A stretch of DNA of 64,000 nt from an uncultured Candidatus Saccharibacteria bacterium (lineage in GTDB: Bacteria; Patescibacteriota; Saccharimonadia; Saccharimonadales; Saccharimonadaceae): assembly GCA_964388795.1 (NCBI GenBank), contig CAYMBV010000001.1:238701-302700 (forward strand), read 5' to 3'. The translations under genes and the position numbers were made by a program. Positions 17,712 through 29,000 of this stretch are shown piece by piece. Each line of letters opens with the position of its first letter. Positions within the stretch are counted from its first letter, which is position 1. The notes below the pieces were generated by a model. That model saw only the letters and a program-made list of their open reading frames with translations. It searched no databases and was not told the origin of the DNA.

Positions 17712-19324
17712 AAATATACGAATACATAGTTGTTGGATCTGGTTGTACTGGTGCCATGGCCGCTCAGACACTGGTTGACGCTGGTGTAGAGGTTGCCATG
17801 CTTGACGTTGGTATAGAAAATCCTGCATACAAAGGAAGTATTCCCGAGAATAAAGACTTCCTCACTATTAGAAAGACCGAGCCAGAACAGTACAAGTACC
17901 TAATTGGAAAAAACTTCGAAGGCGTTGCATGGGGTGACGTTGGCAAGGGTGAGCAACTCACGCCCGGACGTCGTCATATTATGCAATCAGTTGAAACACT
18001 CATTCCAGTAAAATCTCATTCTTTTACGCCAGCCGAAAGCCTTGGATACGGTGGACTCGGTATTGGCTGGGGGGTCGGCTGTTGGTCCTTCTCAGACAAT
18101 GAACTCTCTCAGGCGGGCCTTGATGTTGAGAAGATGCAAAAATCTTATAACACCATTAGTCGTCGTATTGGCATCAGCGCAACCAAAGATAGTGCGTCGG
18201 AATACACACTTGGCAAGGTGTCTACCTTTCAACCCTCGCCTATGATGGACGAAAATCACGAAAGCATCTATGATCACTATCAAAAAAAGGAAGCGTCTAT
18301 CGCGGCAGCTGGCTTCGTGATGGGCCGCGCACCGCTTGCGGTCATTACTCGTAATCTAGATGGTCGTAAAAAATACGCCTACAAAGACCTCGACTTCTAC
18401 TCAGACGACGACCAAAGTGCCTATCGCCCATGGATAACCGTAAATGCACTAAAAACAAAATCTAACTTCACCTATATAGGCAACCAGTTAGTTGTGCGAT
18501 TCAAAGAATCACACACCTTTACGAGTGTCTTTTGTCTAGATACCCAGACCAATAAAGAGATTGAGTTTAGGTGTAAAAAATTAATCCTCGCACCAGGTGT
18601 ACTAGGAAGTGCTCGTATCGCACTAAGGAGCTTTAACGCTGACAGTACAGTGAAACTACCGCTTCTCTGCAATCCCTATTCGTACATCCCCTGTATTCAG
18701 CCAAAAATGCTCGGTAAATCAACAAAGGCAAAAAAGCTTGGCTTTGCGCAGCTCTCGCTCTTCCTTGACGAAACCATGGATCAATCAGAGACTGCCATGG
18801 CATCCATCTACAGCTACCGTTCCCTAATGCTATTCCGCCTCGCCCGCCAGGTGCCCTTAAATTTTGGTAACGCACGGTCGATTCTACAATACATTAGCTC
18901 GGCTATCGTTATTATGGGCATCCATCAACCCGATCGACCAAGTAAAAATAAGTACGTTCAGCTTATCAAAGACAAGACATCGCCAACCAATGACGCACTT
19001 CGCATAGAATACAGTCTTAATGATGAAGAAAAGGCGAATCGAGCGCGGCGTGAAAAGAAGTATATGCGTATAATGCGCAGAATGCACGTCTATCCACTTA
19101 AGAAGTTTGACCCAGGGGCTGGGGCAAGTATTCACTACGCTGGCACACTCCCTTTTAGTACCACAGAAGATGCCTTCACCCTTGCGCACAACGGCCGCCT
19201 TCACGGCACGAAGACAGTCTTCGTTGCAGATGGCTCTGGGTTCACGTTCCTGCCCGCGAAGGGTCTTACCTTTACGCTCATGGCTAACGCTCATGTTGTA
19301 GCAGAAAATGCACTAAACGCATGA
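17708..19324 (+). CDS. GMC-family FAD oxidoreductase
   Basis: Start corrected to ATG 17708 (MKIYEYIVVGSGCTGA, GxGxxG); GYGGLGIGWG; LILAPGVLGSARI; IHYAGT; VFVADGS…P. Confidence 0.88.
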   Translation: MKIYEYIVVGSGCTGAMAAQTLVDAGVEVAMLDVGIENPAYKGSIPENKDFLTIRKTEPEQYKYLIGKNFEGVAWGDVGKGEQLTPGRRHIMQSVETLIPVKSHSFTPAESLGYGGLGIGWGVGCWSFSDNELSQAGLDVEKMQKSYNTISRRIGISATKDSASEYTLGKVSTFQPSPMMDENHESIYDHYQKKEASIAAAGFVMGRAPLAVITRNLDGRKKYAYKDLDFYSDDDQSAYRPWITVNALKTKSNFTYIGNQLVVRFKESHTFTSVFCLDTQTNKEIEFRCKKLILAPGVLGSARIALRSFNADSTVKLPLLCNPYSYIPCIQPKMLGKSTKAKKLGFAQLSLFLDETMDQSETAMASIYSYRSLMLFRLARQVPLNFGNARSILQYISSAIVIMGIHQPDRPSKNKYVQLIKDKTSPTNDALRIEYSLNDEEKANRARREKKYMRIMRRMHVYPLKKFDPGAGASIHYAGTLPFSTTEDAFTLAHNGRLHGTKTVFVADGSGFTFLPAKGLTFTLMANAHVVAENALNA

Positions 19325-20202
19325 GTCGCCCAACGGTTGCAGTCACAGGAGCTAACGGTTTTATTGGCACGCAGATAGTAAACTATTTTAGTAAAAAAGG
19401 GTGGCGTGTTGTTGCGCTTGTGCGTCAACCGCAAAAAAATAGTTGGGATGGTAATATTCAATTTAAACAATACGACTTAAGTCAGCCTATTGATAACTCC
19501 CTGTTAAAAGACGTCGATTACCTTATCCACACAGCCTACATCAAGCACGACGCTAAAAACCCGCAAGCCTTGAAGCAAAATATAGAGGGGACCACTAACC
19601 TACTACGGGCTAGTCGCGCGCAAAATGTTCAAAAGAACATTCTTTTCTCGAGCCTCTCGGCACAATATAACGCTGAGTCTGTATATGGACAACAGAAACA
19701 CGCTTTAGAGAAAATATTTAACACAAGGAATGACGCCATTGTTCGGCCCGGTCTTGTTCTCGGTAATGGAGGGCTTGTACAAAACATGGCCCATTTTATG
19801 AGAACAAAGCATGTTGTCCCTCTTGTCGACAAAGGTACGCAACCCCTACAGGTTACCGACGTTGATTCAATCTTGCAGGCTATTGAAAAAATAATCACAG
19901 ACAACCTCCACGGATCTTTCACTGTCGCCAGTAACGAAAGTTATCCGTACAAGACGTTTTATGCGCAACTTGCTAAGGCGATTGATACTCGTGTGATATT
20001 CGTACCAGTTCCAGGAAAGCTGCTCCTGTACCCCATTCAGCTACTTGAGAAGCTCAACGTAAACACTGGCATCACGACAGATAACTTGCTTGGACTAAAG
20101 AAAATGCGACACATCAACACGGCGTCTGATCTTAAAAAGCTAGCGCTCTCAATCCCCCCACTTAACAAGATTCTAGCGACAGCAGTAAGGCGGGGCCTTT
20201 AG
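19321..20202 (+). CDS. NAD-dependent epimerase/dehydratase (extended SDR)
   Basis: AVTGANGFIG, LIHTA, SSLSA, YGQQK (YxxxK), VRPGLVLG. Confidence 0.9.
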   Translation: MSRPTVAVTGANGFIGTQIVNYFSKKGWRVVALVRQPQKNSWDGNIQFKQYDLSQPIDNSLLKDVDYLIHTAYIKHDAKNPQALKQNIEGTTNLLRASRAQNVQKNILFSSLSAQYNAESVYGQQKHALEKIFNTRNDAIVRPGLVLGNGGLVQNMAHFMRTKHVVPLVDKGTQPLQVTDVDSILQAIEKIITDNLHGSFTVASNESYPYKTFYAQLAKAIDTRVIFVPVPGKLLLYPIQLLEKLNVNTGITTDNLLGLKKMRHINTASDLKKLALSIPPLNKILATAVRRGL

Positions 20203-20607
20203 ATGTTAAAGAAAGCACTACAACACAACCAACTCCGCTACCTACTTTCAGGTATAACGGCATTTATCATAGAGTTTCTCTGTTTCACACTGATATTAGC
20301 TGTTTTTCATCACCTACTGCTCGCAAACAGTATTAGTTTTATTATTGGTGTCGTTGCTGGCCTTATTTTCCATAAATTATGGACATTCGCAGGAGCACAT
20401 CAATACAGAACCGTCTGGCAAACAGTTGCGGTCTTTGTCGTCGCACTATTTAACCTTATTGTGACGAATGTCATTATTGACTGGCTAGTAAACGACCTGG
20501 CTGTACAGCCATACATTGCCAAGGTAATTGTGATTGCCCTCATTGTTGTTTGGAACTACCTACTATTTAACTACGTTATTTTTAAGCGAAAAACACAAGA
20601 CAACTAA
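20203..20607 (+). CDS. GtrA-family flippase-like protein
   Basis: 4 TMs; LRYLLSG…, ANSISF…FHKLWTF, WNYLLFNYVIF. Confidence 0.88.
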   Translation: MLKKALQHNQLRYLLSGITAFIIEFLCFTLILAVFHHLLLANSISFIIGVVAGLIFHKLWTFAGAHQYRTVWQTVAVFVVALFNLIVTNVIIDWLVNDLAVQPYIAKVIVIALIVVWNYLLFNYVIFKRKTQDN

Positions 20608-20667
20608 GCACATGAAGTATAGCAACGGTGTACACAAAGCCTCTGTCGCTATATACTAGGGAGAGTT

Positions 20668-22266
20668 ATGAAAAAATCTATCTACTCATCAGCTTGGGCC
20701 AAGTTGCGTGAATTCGCACATACCCATCGTGTTCTTCTTTTTTATATAACACTCTTTGTCATTGCGTCTGCCGTTTTCCTCATCCAGGCGTCAAAGATAT
20801 TAAATCCTGATGGCATAGAATATGTCGGCATTGCACGGCACTACTTGGCGGCAGACTTTCATGCAGCGATTAATGGCATCTGGTCACCGCTGCTTTCATG
20901 GATTTTTACCATTCCGCTACTAATAGACGTACGGCCCTTCTTGTTTTTCCGAGTCCTCGTCGTCGGTCTCGCTATTCTGGTTATCGTCACCTTCGACTAC
21001 CTTTTACGACGTGAGTTAAAGGTCGACACAAAGAGTAAGGTTATGTACCACGGAAGCCTTCTTTTCGTGACTGCTTTCAGTTTTTACGCCTCTATTCTCT
21101 CACCAGTCACGCCAGACCTCTTTTCGGTCTTCTGCATACTCCTCTTTCTTATCTTTGCACTTCAGTATGCACGCAAGCAGTCTATCGCACCCGCAATCCT
21201 CATGGGGGTGATAGGGGGTATCGGTTATTACGGCAAGAACTACTTCTTTTACTTTGCACTCGCTGGTATCTTCTTATACTTTGCCCTCCGTTTTTTCCAG
21301 AAAAAAGCCGACAAGAAAAAAACAATCATTCACTTTGCTACAGCATTTGCGGCCTGTTTACTGGTTGTTGCCCCGTGGATCGTTCTCATGTCAATCAAGT
21401 ATGGTCAATTTACCGTTAACCCAATTGGCGACTACTCGCTCGCCCAGGTAGGTCCAAGTAAGCCACGCCCGCCAGTACTCTCGCTAGGCTTACTCGAACC
21501 GCCACACGACCGTTCTATTACCGCACGCGAAGACCCAACCGTATTTAAGTTTTCACCATGGTCACCAACCGAATCCTCCGAAGCAATGCGCTACTTTATT
21601 ACATCGGTTATCCCAACTAACATACGTGTTGCATTCAAAATATTATGGCCAATCCTCCTTGCTCTTGCCGTTTTTCTGATTGCCTACATACGCTCTAAGA
21701 AAAAGCTCTTTGACGTGCTGAATGACAAAATAATCATTTACTCGTTACTCTTTGGCGTAATATACGTTGGTGGATACTGTCTACAGCATCTTTATGGCGG
21801 TTTCCGTTATATATGGCCGGCATATGCGCTATTTGGCGTCGCTCTCATTCAAATCACCATGCTTCACATATCGACACTGAAAAAACGCTCTTCAGAAAAG
21901 CACTGGTGTGAAATAGTAGTGTTCTCGGTACTAGTCGCGCTTGGGGCGGTAACTATTTGGCAAGAAATACCTCAATTCGTGAAATCAAGTGAATACGGTA
22001 TTAAGGTACACCAACGAATCGATACCCTCGAAAGTATCAAGTTATTCACCAAAGGCGACAGAATTGGCTCAAACGACCCATACGCCGCCGCCTACTTCTG
22101 CTACGCACTAGAACTTAGGTGCTACGGAAAACCTTTCGACACAGACCAGCTGAAGAAATTTAACATTGACTATTTCATCAACTTCCCGGGAAGTAAACCT
22201 ATGGATGTAGGTGGCACCGAAGTGTATCGCATGTCTAGTATTCACTTCATAAAACTCGATAAGTAA
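20668..22266 (+). CDS. GT-C fold polytopic glycosyltransferase (ArnT/PMT-like)
   Basis: ~11 TMs; NPDGIEYVGIARHY acidic motif after TM1; VTPDL; GYYGK. Confidence 0.7.
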   Translation: MKKSIYSSAWAKLREFAHTHRVLLFYITLFVIASAVFLIQASKILNPDGIEYVGIARHYLAADFHAAINGIWSPLLSWIFTIPLLIDVRPFLFFRVLVVGLAILVIVTFDYLLRRELKVDTKSKVMYHGSLLFVTAFSFYASILSPVTPDLFSVFCILLFLIFALQYARKQSIAPAILMGVIGGIGYYGKNYFFYFALAGIFLYFALRFFQKKADKKKTIIHFATAFAACLLVVAPWIVLMSIKYGQFTVNPIGDYSLAQVGPSKPRPPVLSLGLLEPPHDRSITAREDPTVFKFSPWSPTESSEAMRYFITSVIPTNIRVAFKILWPILLALAVFLIAYIRSKKKLFDVLNDKIIIYSLLFGVIYVGGYCLQHLYGGFRYIWPAYALFGVALIQITMLHISTLKKRSSEKHWCEIVVFSVLVALGAVTIWQEIPQFVKSSEYGIKVHQRIDTLESIKLFTKGDRIGSNDPYAAAYFCYALELRCYGKPFDTDQLKKFNIDYFINFPGSKPMDVGGTEVYRMSSIHFIKLDK

Positions 22267-22268
22267 GA

Positions 22269-22301
22269 AAATACCCCGTAGTAACTTTCTACGGGGTATT
22301 T
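22269..22301. terminator. Bidirectional terminator between convergent genes
   Basis: AAATACCCCGTAG-7 nt-CTACGGGGTATTT, perfect 13-bp stem. Confidence 0.85.
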
Positions 22302-22316
22302 AGTGCGACATCTTTA

Positions 22317-23204
22317 CTAGTTTTGGATGCGCTTCTTCAATCTATTCGATATAAAAGACGGCAGGACTCTCTTTACCATGGTTGCCATGGCGCTCTGTTC
22401 ATACTTCAGCTTACTCATAATGTAACCGACACCCAGCCTTTTCTCGGCAAGCTCCTGACGGAGATACTTGTTCATCAACATATTTGTATAATAGCGATGC
22501 TTCGCCGTCCCCTCTCCAAAACTATTGTTACCACTTGAACCAGCAACAAACTTACGATGATGGTAGTTGGCTAACGCAAAGCCAGGGTCAAGTAGGTCAA
22601 CGTCATAGATCTGCAGTAAACGAATACCGAAATCCCAATCACCACACACAGGAAGGCGGCTGTCGAACTTACCCACCTCCTCGTAGGCTGACCTTCGAAA
22701 AAGAAAAGCAATAGGAGTCAGTTGATTATCAATACACTGCCGATAAAGATTTATCGCTCGCACGTCGGGCATCCATGGCAAGACTTTGAGCTGCTTTATG
22801 ACCCCAGCACTATTAGTCTCTTCAATGACCTTATTAGTCCTTGTAACGACACCGGCGATATCTTTGTGACCGTCAAGATGAGCGACGGTTTGAATAAGAA
22901 AATCACTATGCCACGTATCGTCATCGTCGTGAATTACAACGTATTCAGACTTGACTCGATCAATTGACTCGTTGAAAATCGTGTCTGGCGCATTACTCGA
23001 TACTTCACGGTGAAAGAGTTGGACTTTTTGCTTGGACTGCTCGCTCAGACCCTCATACGCACGCTCTACTGCCATGACGTCGCCACCATCGTTCACAATG
23101 ACATGCACATAGTCAGTAAAGCTTTGACGGGCAACAGACTGTAATGCTCTTTTTAGGAAAGCGGGCCTGTCTTTTGTTCGTGTGATAATTGCAACTTTAG
23201 TCAT
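22317..23204 (-). CDS. GT2 glycosyltransferase
   Basis: IITRTKDRP, IVNDGG, IHDDDDTW, FLFRR, GDWDFGIRL. Confidence 0.9.
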   Translation of the reverse strand: MTKVAIITRTKDRPAFLKRALQSVARQSFTDYVHVIVNDGGDVMAVERAYEGLSEQSKQKVQLFHREVSSNAPDTIFNESIDRVKSEYVVIHDDDDTWHSDFLIQTVAHLDGHKDIAGVVTRTNKVIEETNSAGVIKQLKVLPWMPDVRAINLYRQCIDNQLTPIAFLFRRSAYEEVGKFDSRLPVCGDWDFGIRLLQIYDVDLLDPGFALANYHHRKFVAGSSGNNSFGEGTAKHRYYTNMLMNKYLRQELAEKRLGVGYIMSKLKYEQSAMATMVKRVLPSFISNRLKKRIQN

Positions 23205-23214
23205 TCTGTACTAA

Positions 23215-26013
23215 TTATACGATACTTCTCTTTTTCGCATCATACTTAAGAATTGCATCATATACCCGACTCGCATTACTCTGGTCGTTCTTATAGTAAA
23301 AACTGTCGACACGTTTTTTATACTTCTGCGGCATAGTACATCCACCCTCAATCACCTTAACAAGCTCTTTCACCAAAGCCTCGTAGGTGTAGGCAATCGG
23401 ACCAAAACCATCATTCTCGTCAGAAAAGAAGTCTGCCTGATCATATGTGTGACGCTCGTAAAGTGTCTCGACATCAAACTGTGAGTAAATAATCGGCTTT
23501 TTTAAATAGGCAAAATCAAACATCACACTCGAGTAATCACTGACGAGTAGGTTACCTTCTTTAAACGCCTTTTTATAGTTGTACGGGTACTCTTTTACGC
23601 TAAAGTATTTATTTGCGTCAAAGTCAATCCGTTGGGCAGCAAAAGCAGGATGTAAGTAAAATTCACCGTGCATATTATTCTTTTTTAATACTTCCAAGAC
23701 ACGACTATCGTTCATAAAAGTATTATAAAAAGCGCGGTAATCTGATTTCTTAAATTCATTATCGTATTTACGCGCACCATTCTTGTCGGTCTTCATCCTC
23801 GCAAGATCTTTACGGTAAGTTGGCGCAAGAATGAGCTTACCTTTCGGCGCGCTCTCTAGTAGATCGTAGCGTGGCAAGCCGGTTAGAATGACGTTCTCTT
23901 TCGAGTAATCATAGGCGTACCTCAAGATAGAGTCGTATTCTTTTTGCGCACTCGTCACAAAGAGTGCGATGTTTTTATTGTAACGGTTGAGCCAGGTTGA
24001 TAAGTCATGCCTAATAATTCCGTGTTGCAAGAAAACGAAATCAAAGCCAAGTAAGTCAACAAAGTGATTCATCTGTCGTAGGAATGGGTTTGTCGTCTCT
24101 ATGTCAGCCTGTGAAGATATGACCTTATCAGAGAGGAGAAATAGAATACGGTAATACAAGCCGTTTTGATTTACCACCTTGCCGTACCGTTTTACTCTTT
24201 TATAGTCGGGGGATTTTTTTGATATGACGAAGTAAACATTTGCCTGGATATCACGGCGTGACTGAAGATGTCGAAAGAAGGCTTCACCGTTATCGCCTGC
24301 TGCGGTGCCGCGGTCACTGACGAGCCATATTGGTCGCTTTAAAAGTGGCTTGATAGTGAAATATATCGTGCGTAAAAGCAGCGTGCGTGGAATCATAACG
24401 ACAGACTCCGCAACGAGAAGAAATGGCTTTAAAACCTCAAATACTCTCGCTTTCAGTGAAATCGATGCAAGGTTATAGGTTTTGACACGATTCAATAACT
24501 TCTTGGCGTCTTTTAACTTCCAGTGTCGCATAATGCGTAGCCAATACTGAAGTTCGAACCGGGCGACACGCCGTGAACTATAAGGGTACACAGCGATCAG
24601 CTCGCCCTCCCTTCGAAGGATAGAAGGCCCCTTTTTTGTATAGGTGCGCTGAAGATCACTCAACCCAGAAAAGGCGTTTGTGTGGAGCGCAAGAGTTGTG
24701 TCTTTCTGACCACAAGCAAGTAGGTGGGCGCTGAGAGAATCTTCTGGAGCAACTTCAATCGTTACCTCGAAACCACCACCGCTATACAGTTGATCACCAA
24801 GGAAACTAACTTCACGCTGCCCACGCCTCGTGGAACAGAGCGGATAGTCACCCTTGGAAGTACGAAGTACAAAAACGTCACGGCTACTCACACCGTCGCT
24901 TGTCTTGTAGCCTTCGATTTTATACTTGCCCGACCCTACGTAGTGTATAAAATCGATATGTATATCTAATGAGTCTTTAGTGCTTGCGATAGTAATACCA
25001 TTAAAGACATACTTCCCGTTCTTAACCTCTAAGTACTTCTCGTAAGCAGCCCCGTGTTTCATTTTCAACAGCTGCACCCTGTAGCGGAGTGCAATCCCGC
25101 GTTTCTTAATAATGACCTCGTCATCAAGCTGCTTTACGATACCCTTAATTGTGTCCTTGTAGGCATGCTCTTCGTCAATATTAAGGACGTTCTGCTTTTT
25201 CTGATACAGCCGCCACACGAGGTCGCTTAGTACTTCATACTGCATAAAAGGCAAGACGCGGCCATCTTCTTCACGCCATAAATCAAGCATATAGAGGTAC
25301 GCATATTTCGGAACGGTCGTGTAAAAATCTCTGCTTTTTTGTTGCCGATTAATTGCTGAACTTTCATCACGACGCTTTCGATAATTATAATGTGGCCCCG
25401 ACAAGACGCCATAAGCTTTTTTATTTAAAAGAATCTCGCTGAGTATTCTGGCATCTTCAGATATCTTGAGTTTTTTGCTGAACTCTCTTCCTTTCAACGC
25501 CTCTCTTTTAAAAACACAGGTGGGCAGGTGAAATATCGGGTTGTCGGGATCTTTAGTAAGGTCTATTACCCGCGTTGTGTGAAACTTATAATTTGATGGG
25601 TGACTAGCAATATTTGCTTCAAAAAACAGCACCTTCGACGCAACAAAATCTACCGTATCGCCATGTGCCTCCATGAAGTCAACAGCATCTTTATAGACCG
25701 TCTCTGACCATATATCATCGCCGTCAAAAAAGTTGACGTACTTACCGCGCGCCCTCTTCATTCCGTTATTACGGGCCGCGCTCACACCTTGGTTCTTCTG
25801 ATTAATATAAATAATATTATCGGGGTACTTTTCGCTATACTCCTGACAAATATCGCCCGAATTATCGGGGCTTCCGTCATTGACTAGAATAAGCTCAACG
25901 TTCTCGTTGAACCCAATTGTTTGTTTAATAACACTGTCTATTGCTGCGCGTAGATACGGTGCAACATTATAGATAGGAATTATAACGGAAATGATTGGAC
26001 TTTTACTGCTCAT
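23215..26013 (-). CDS. GT2 + CDP-glycerol glycerophosphotransferase (TagF-like) fusion
   Basis: VIIPIYNV…VNDGS…FFDGDD (GT2); DNGEAFF, FLQHGI, TGLPRYD, LAPTYR, VSDYSSVMFDFAYLKKP (TagF). Confidence 0.9.
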   Translation of the reverse strand: MSSKSPIISVIIPIYNVAPYLRAAIDSVIKQTIGFNENVELILVNDGSPDNSGDICQEYSEKYPDNIIYINQKNQGVSAARNNGMKRARGKYVNFFDGDDIWSETVYKDAVDFMEAHGDTVDFVASKVLFFEANIASHPSNYKFHTTRVIDLTKDPDNPIFHLPTCVFKREALKGREFSKKLKISEDARILSEILLNKKAYGVLSGPHYNYRKRRDESSAINRQQKSRDFYTTVPKYAYLYMLDLWREEDGRVLPFMQYEVLSDLVWRLYQKKQNVLNIDEEHAYKDTIKGIVKQLDDEVIIKKRGIALRYRVQLLKMKHGAAYEKYLEVKNGKYVFNGITIASTKDSLDIHIDFIHYVGSGKYKIEGYKTSDGVSSRDVFVLRTSKGDYPLCSTRRGQREVSFLGDQLYSGGGFEVTIEVAPEDSLSAHLLACGQKDTTLALHTNAFSGLSDLQRTYTKKGPSILRREGELIAVYPYSSRRVARFELQYWLRIMRHWKLKDAKKLLNRVKTYNLASISLKARVFEVLKPFLLVAESVVMIPRTLLLRTIYFTIKPLLKRPIWLVSDRGTAAGDNGEAFFRHLQSRRDIQANVYFVISKKSPDYKRVKRYGKVVNQNGLYYRILFLLSDKVISSQADIETTNPFLRQMNHFVDLLGFDFVFLQHGIIRHDLSTWLNRYNKNIALFVTSAQKEYDSILRYAYDYSKENVILTGLPRYDLLESAPKGKLILAPTYRKDLARMKTDKNGARKYDNEFKKSDYRAFYNTFMNDSRVLEVLKKNNMHGEFYLHPAFAAQRIDFDANKYFSVKEYPYNYKKAFKEGNLLVSDYSSVMFDFAYLKKPIIYSQFDVETLYERHTYDQADFFSDENDGFGPIAYTYEALVKELVKVIEGGCTMPQKYKKRVDSFYYKNDQSNASRVYDAILKYDAKKRSIV

Positions 26014-26040
26014 ATTCTCTACTCTTCATTATAAGTCACT

Positions 26041-29000
26041 CTAGCGGAAGGGGAAACTTTTCATCAGGCTTCGTTGCATCCTCTTCAGGTTCACCACAGG
26101 CTCATAGGAATCAATGGCCTGCTGTATGGCCTTGGTGTTGCCAATAATCGAGGGAGTAACAGAGCGAGTTTCTCTTCCAGTTGATAGATAATAATCGGTA
26201 AATTTATAATCACCACCCGTCACTTTGTCGGACAGTGGCATCCAGTTGTTTGGAATATTAAAGCTGTCAGAAAAAATAATACCGTGCAATGATGACGAGA
26301 GTATATATTCGCAGGCAGTAATGTCACGTGCTACCTTGTCGGGTGTCTGTAATGGGTCTATCAGAAGGTAGTCTGGATCGTCCTTTACACCTTCGAGAGC
26401 TGGGTGATTTTTGTCTACATAATGAGCGATGATGCCCACTTTATGCGTCTTTCGCCTACTCTTCTTAAAAGTGCGGTTTGCTAACAAGCCTGGATCACCA
26501 ATAGCCACAGGGTGATGAGTAGTATCGACCCTTTTTAAGCTCAGTGGGCCACGTACTGCAGAGAAATCTATAGAACTAAGATGATTCTTGTCACCTGCTC
26601 GAATAAAGCCACTCCCCCACACCTTTACTGAATGGTCACCGGCGCCGCGTTGAACCATTTCGATAATTGACCCCGCCCCGGCAAGATCAGCTCTGTGTAG
26701 ACTGCTGTGTTCTGCTCTCAGGCCAAATAGAGATCGAATAATATACGGTGTAATTTCATCGCCAAAGTTAAGTTGTTCGGGAAAACTATATCGCCACCAA
26801 TATACCCTTAGACGCGGCCTACGTTTCGTACGAATTGTCGTTACAATACGCTTTTTTACCACTCCGTCGATGTATCTTGATGGGTCAATACTCAAAATTG
26901 ATTGGTATATGCGAAGACAGTTCGACCTGTCAATCCACCGGAAAAACGCCTTCAGCCTTTTTCGATACTGTCTCGCTAATACAAAGTTATTTTTAGCAAT
27001 CTTTTCGAGTTCACTCATAAGACCCTTGACGTCTTCTACGACAGGACCAAACCCACTCTCGCTATACGAATAGGACCCTTCGGACAGCGTATGCGAATCG
27101 TAGAAACTATCCTTATCGAACTGCACATACACCATTGGCTTTTCAAGGTATGCAGCATCAAAGGCAACACCAGAATAGTCTGTTATAAGTAGCTTCGCTT
27201 CTTCAATATATTTCTTGTAATCATGTGGTGGAGTTTGTATTTTAACGTATGCATTGCCTTTAAAATCTTTTGCTTGTGCCGCAATTGCAGGATGAAGTAC
27301 AAATTCGGCTTTTAGTTTATGCTTTTTAAGAAAGTGGTGGAATGTTTTGTTAGAAATAAGGCCTTGATAGAAAGTGAAGTACTCTGACGTACGAAACTCT
27401 TCGTTATAATCCCTGTCACTCGAGTCCTGTCGACCCTCGCCTGCAATATTTTTTCGCCAAGTAGGCGCAATGACAACTTTATTTTTCGCCACTTGTGCCT
27501 CGGCATACTTGTCGTATCTTGCAAATCCAGTCAGTACAACCTCTTGCTTATCGAATCCATACGGATAGATAAACATGGAGTCGTACTCCTTTTGGGTCAC
27601 GGTCGTATAAAGTGAGGCGTTTGTCGTGTACTTGTTATACAGTTTCGATATATCATCCTTGTTAATACCGTGGCTTAAAAAGATAAAATCATACTGAAGC
27701 AGATTACTTATCCTACTGTAGTGACGTCCGAATGGATTCAATGTCACATCTCCTGCCTGAGATGAAATAAGTTTATCAGCCAGCAAGAACAGTACTTTAT
27801 ACCTAAAACTATACCTATCAATGACTCGATACTGGCTACGAAGTCGTTTATAGTCTGGGCTTTGTTTAGAAATTGCAAAATACGGAAGAATTGTTGGGCT
27901 ATTCTGAGACACCACATACTTCAGCAGCGCTTCGGCATTATCACCAGCCATGTCCGTCCTGTCACTAAAAATCCAGACCTGTTTTTTGATAAAAATCTTA
28001 GACAAGAAATAAAGAACGCGATAGAACAGGCTGTGCAGAACAACCTTGTAGCCACCCTTCAAAATTCCAGCAGCCATTCGTGCCGAAAGTTTCAACTCTT
28101 TTACTGCCCGATTCGTGATAGTACTATCAATCAAGACAAGCTTACTTGGAGAGGCGCTGCATACTAGAAAGTCTTTAGCGACAATATAGTTATATCCTGG
28201 ATAGCGATCACTAAGGCGTGCGTGCGCCCCGAACTTCATGGGTATATACTTTATAAATCCGCTGTCTGCGTAAAACGTCGGTTGGATATTCTCGCCGTTT
28301 TTAATTGGGACCGTGATAGTAAACGAATTCTTATCAAAGATTACTTCATCAAGAAAGGTCTTTTGCGTATCTAGTCTAAAGACCTTCTCGGCTTCATAAA
28401 AAGTACCTCCTACTTTAAAGCCGAATCTGACGTTCCCGAACAAGATAGCGGCAACCGTCCCCTTAATGACAAGCTGCTTCCCTGATACCTTTAATATATC
28501 TACGTGAACGACACCCTCTTTGTTATAGTCATATATTTCTTCTTTATTAAAATATACCCTACCAGATTCATCGGCGTGCGTATTAAGAACATCTACGGAG
28601 TACTTCTTCGACAAAATAAGAAACTTCAACTCGGTGTGCAAGTCGGCCTGCGTCAGTATAACATCGTCGTCCATTTGAGATGTTAGCTCATAAAGCCTCT
28701 TCTTGTACGCCGCGGTTTCACGCCGAGAAAGCACTGGACTCTCGGCTTGCATAAAACGCCACTGCATCTCGTACATAATAAGATACTGCAGATACTTTTT
28801 TATTGTTTTATTAACAGGCTTGTGAGAAAGTTCCATTATATAACTATGAAACTCGTCGAGCATCTGTATATACCAGTGCTTCTTTGCGTAAAGCCCAGCC
28901 GTCGCTGAACCGCCAGCATCATGCTTCCTGTAAAAATATATGGGGTCAGCAACCACCCCATACTTCTTCTTCTTTAATATAATGTCCGTAATAAATAACA

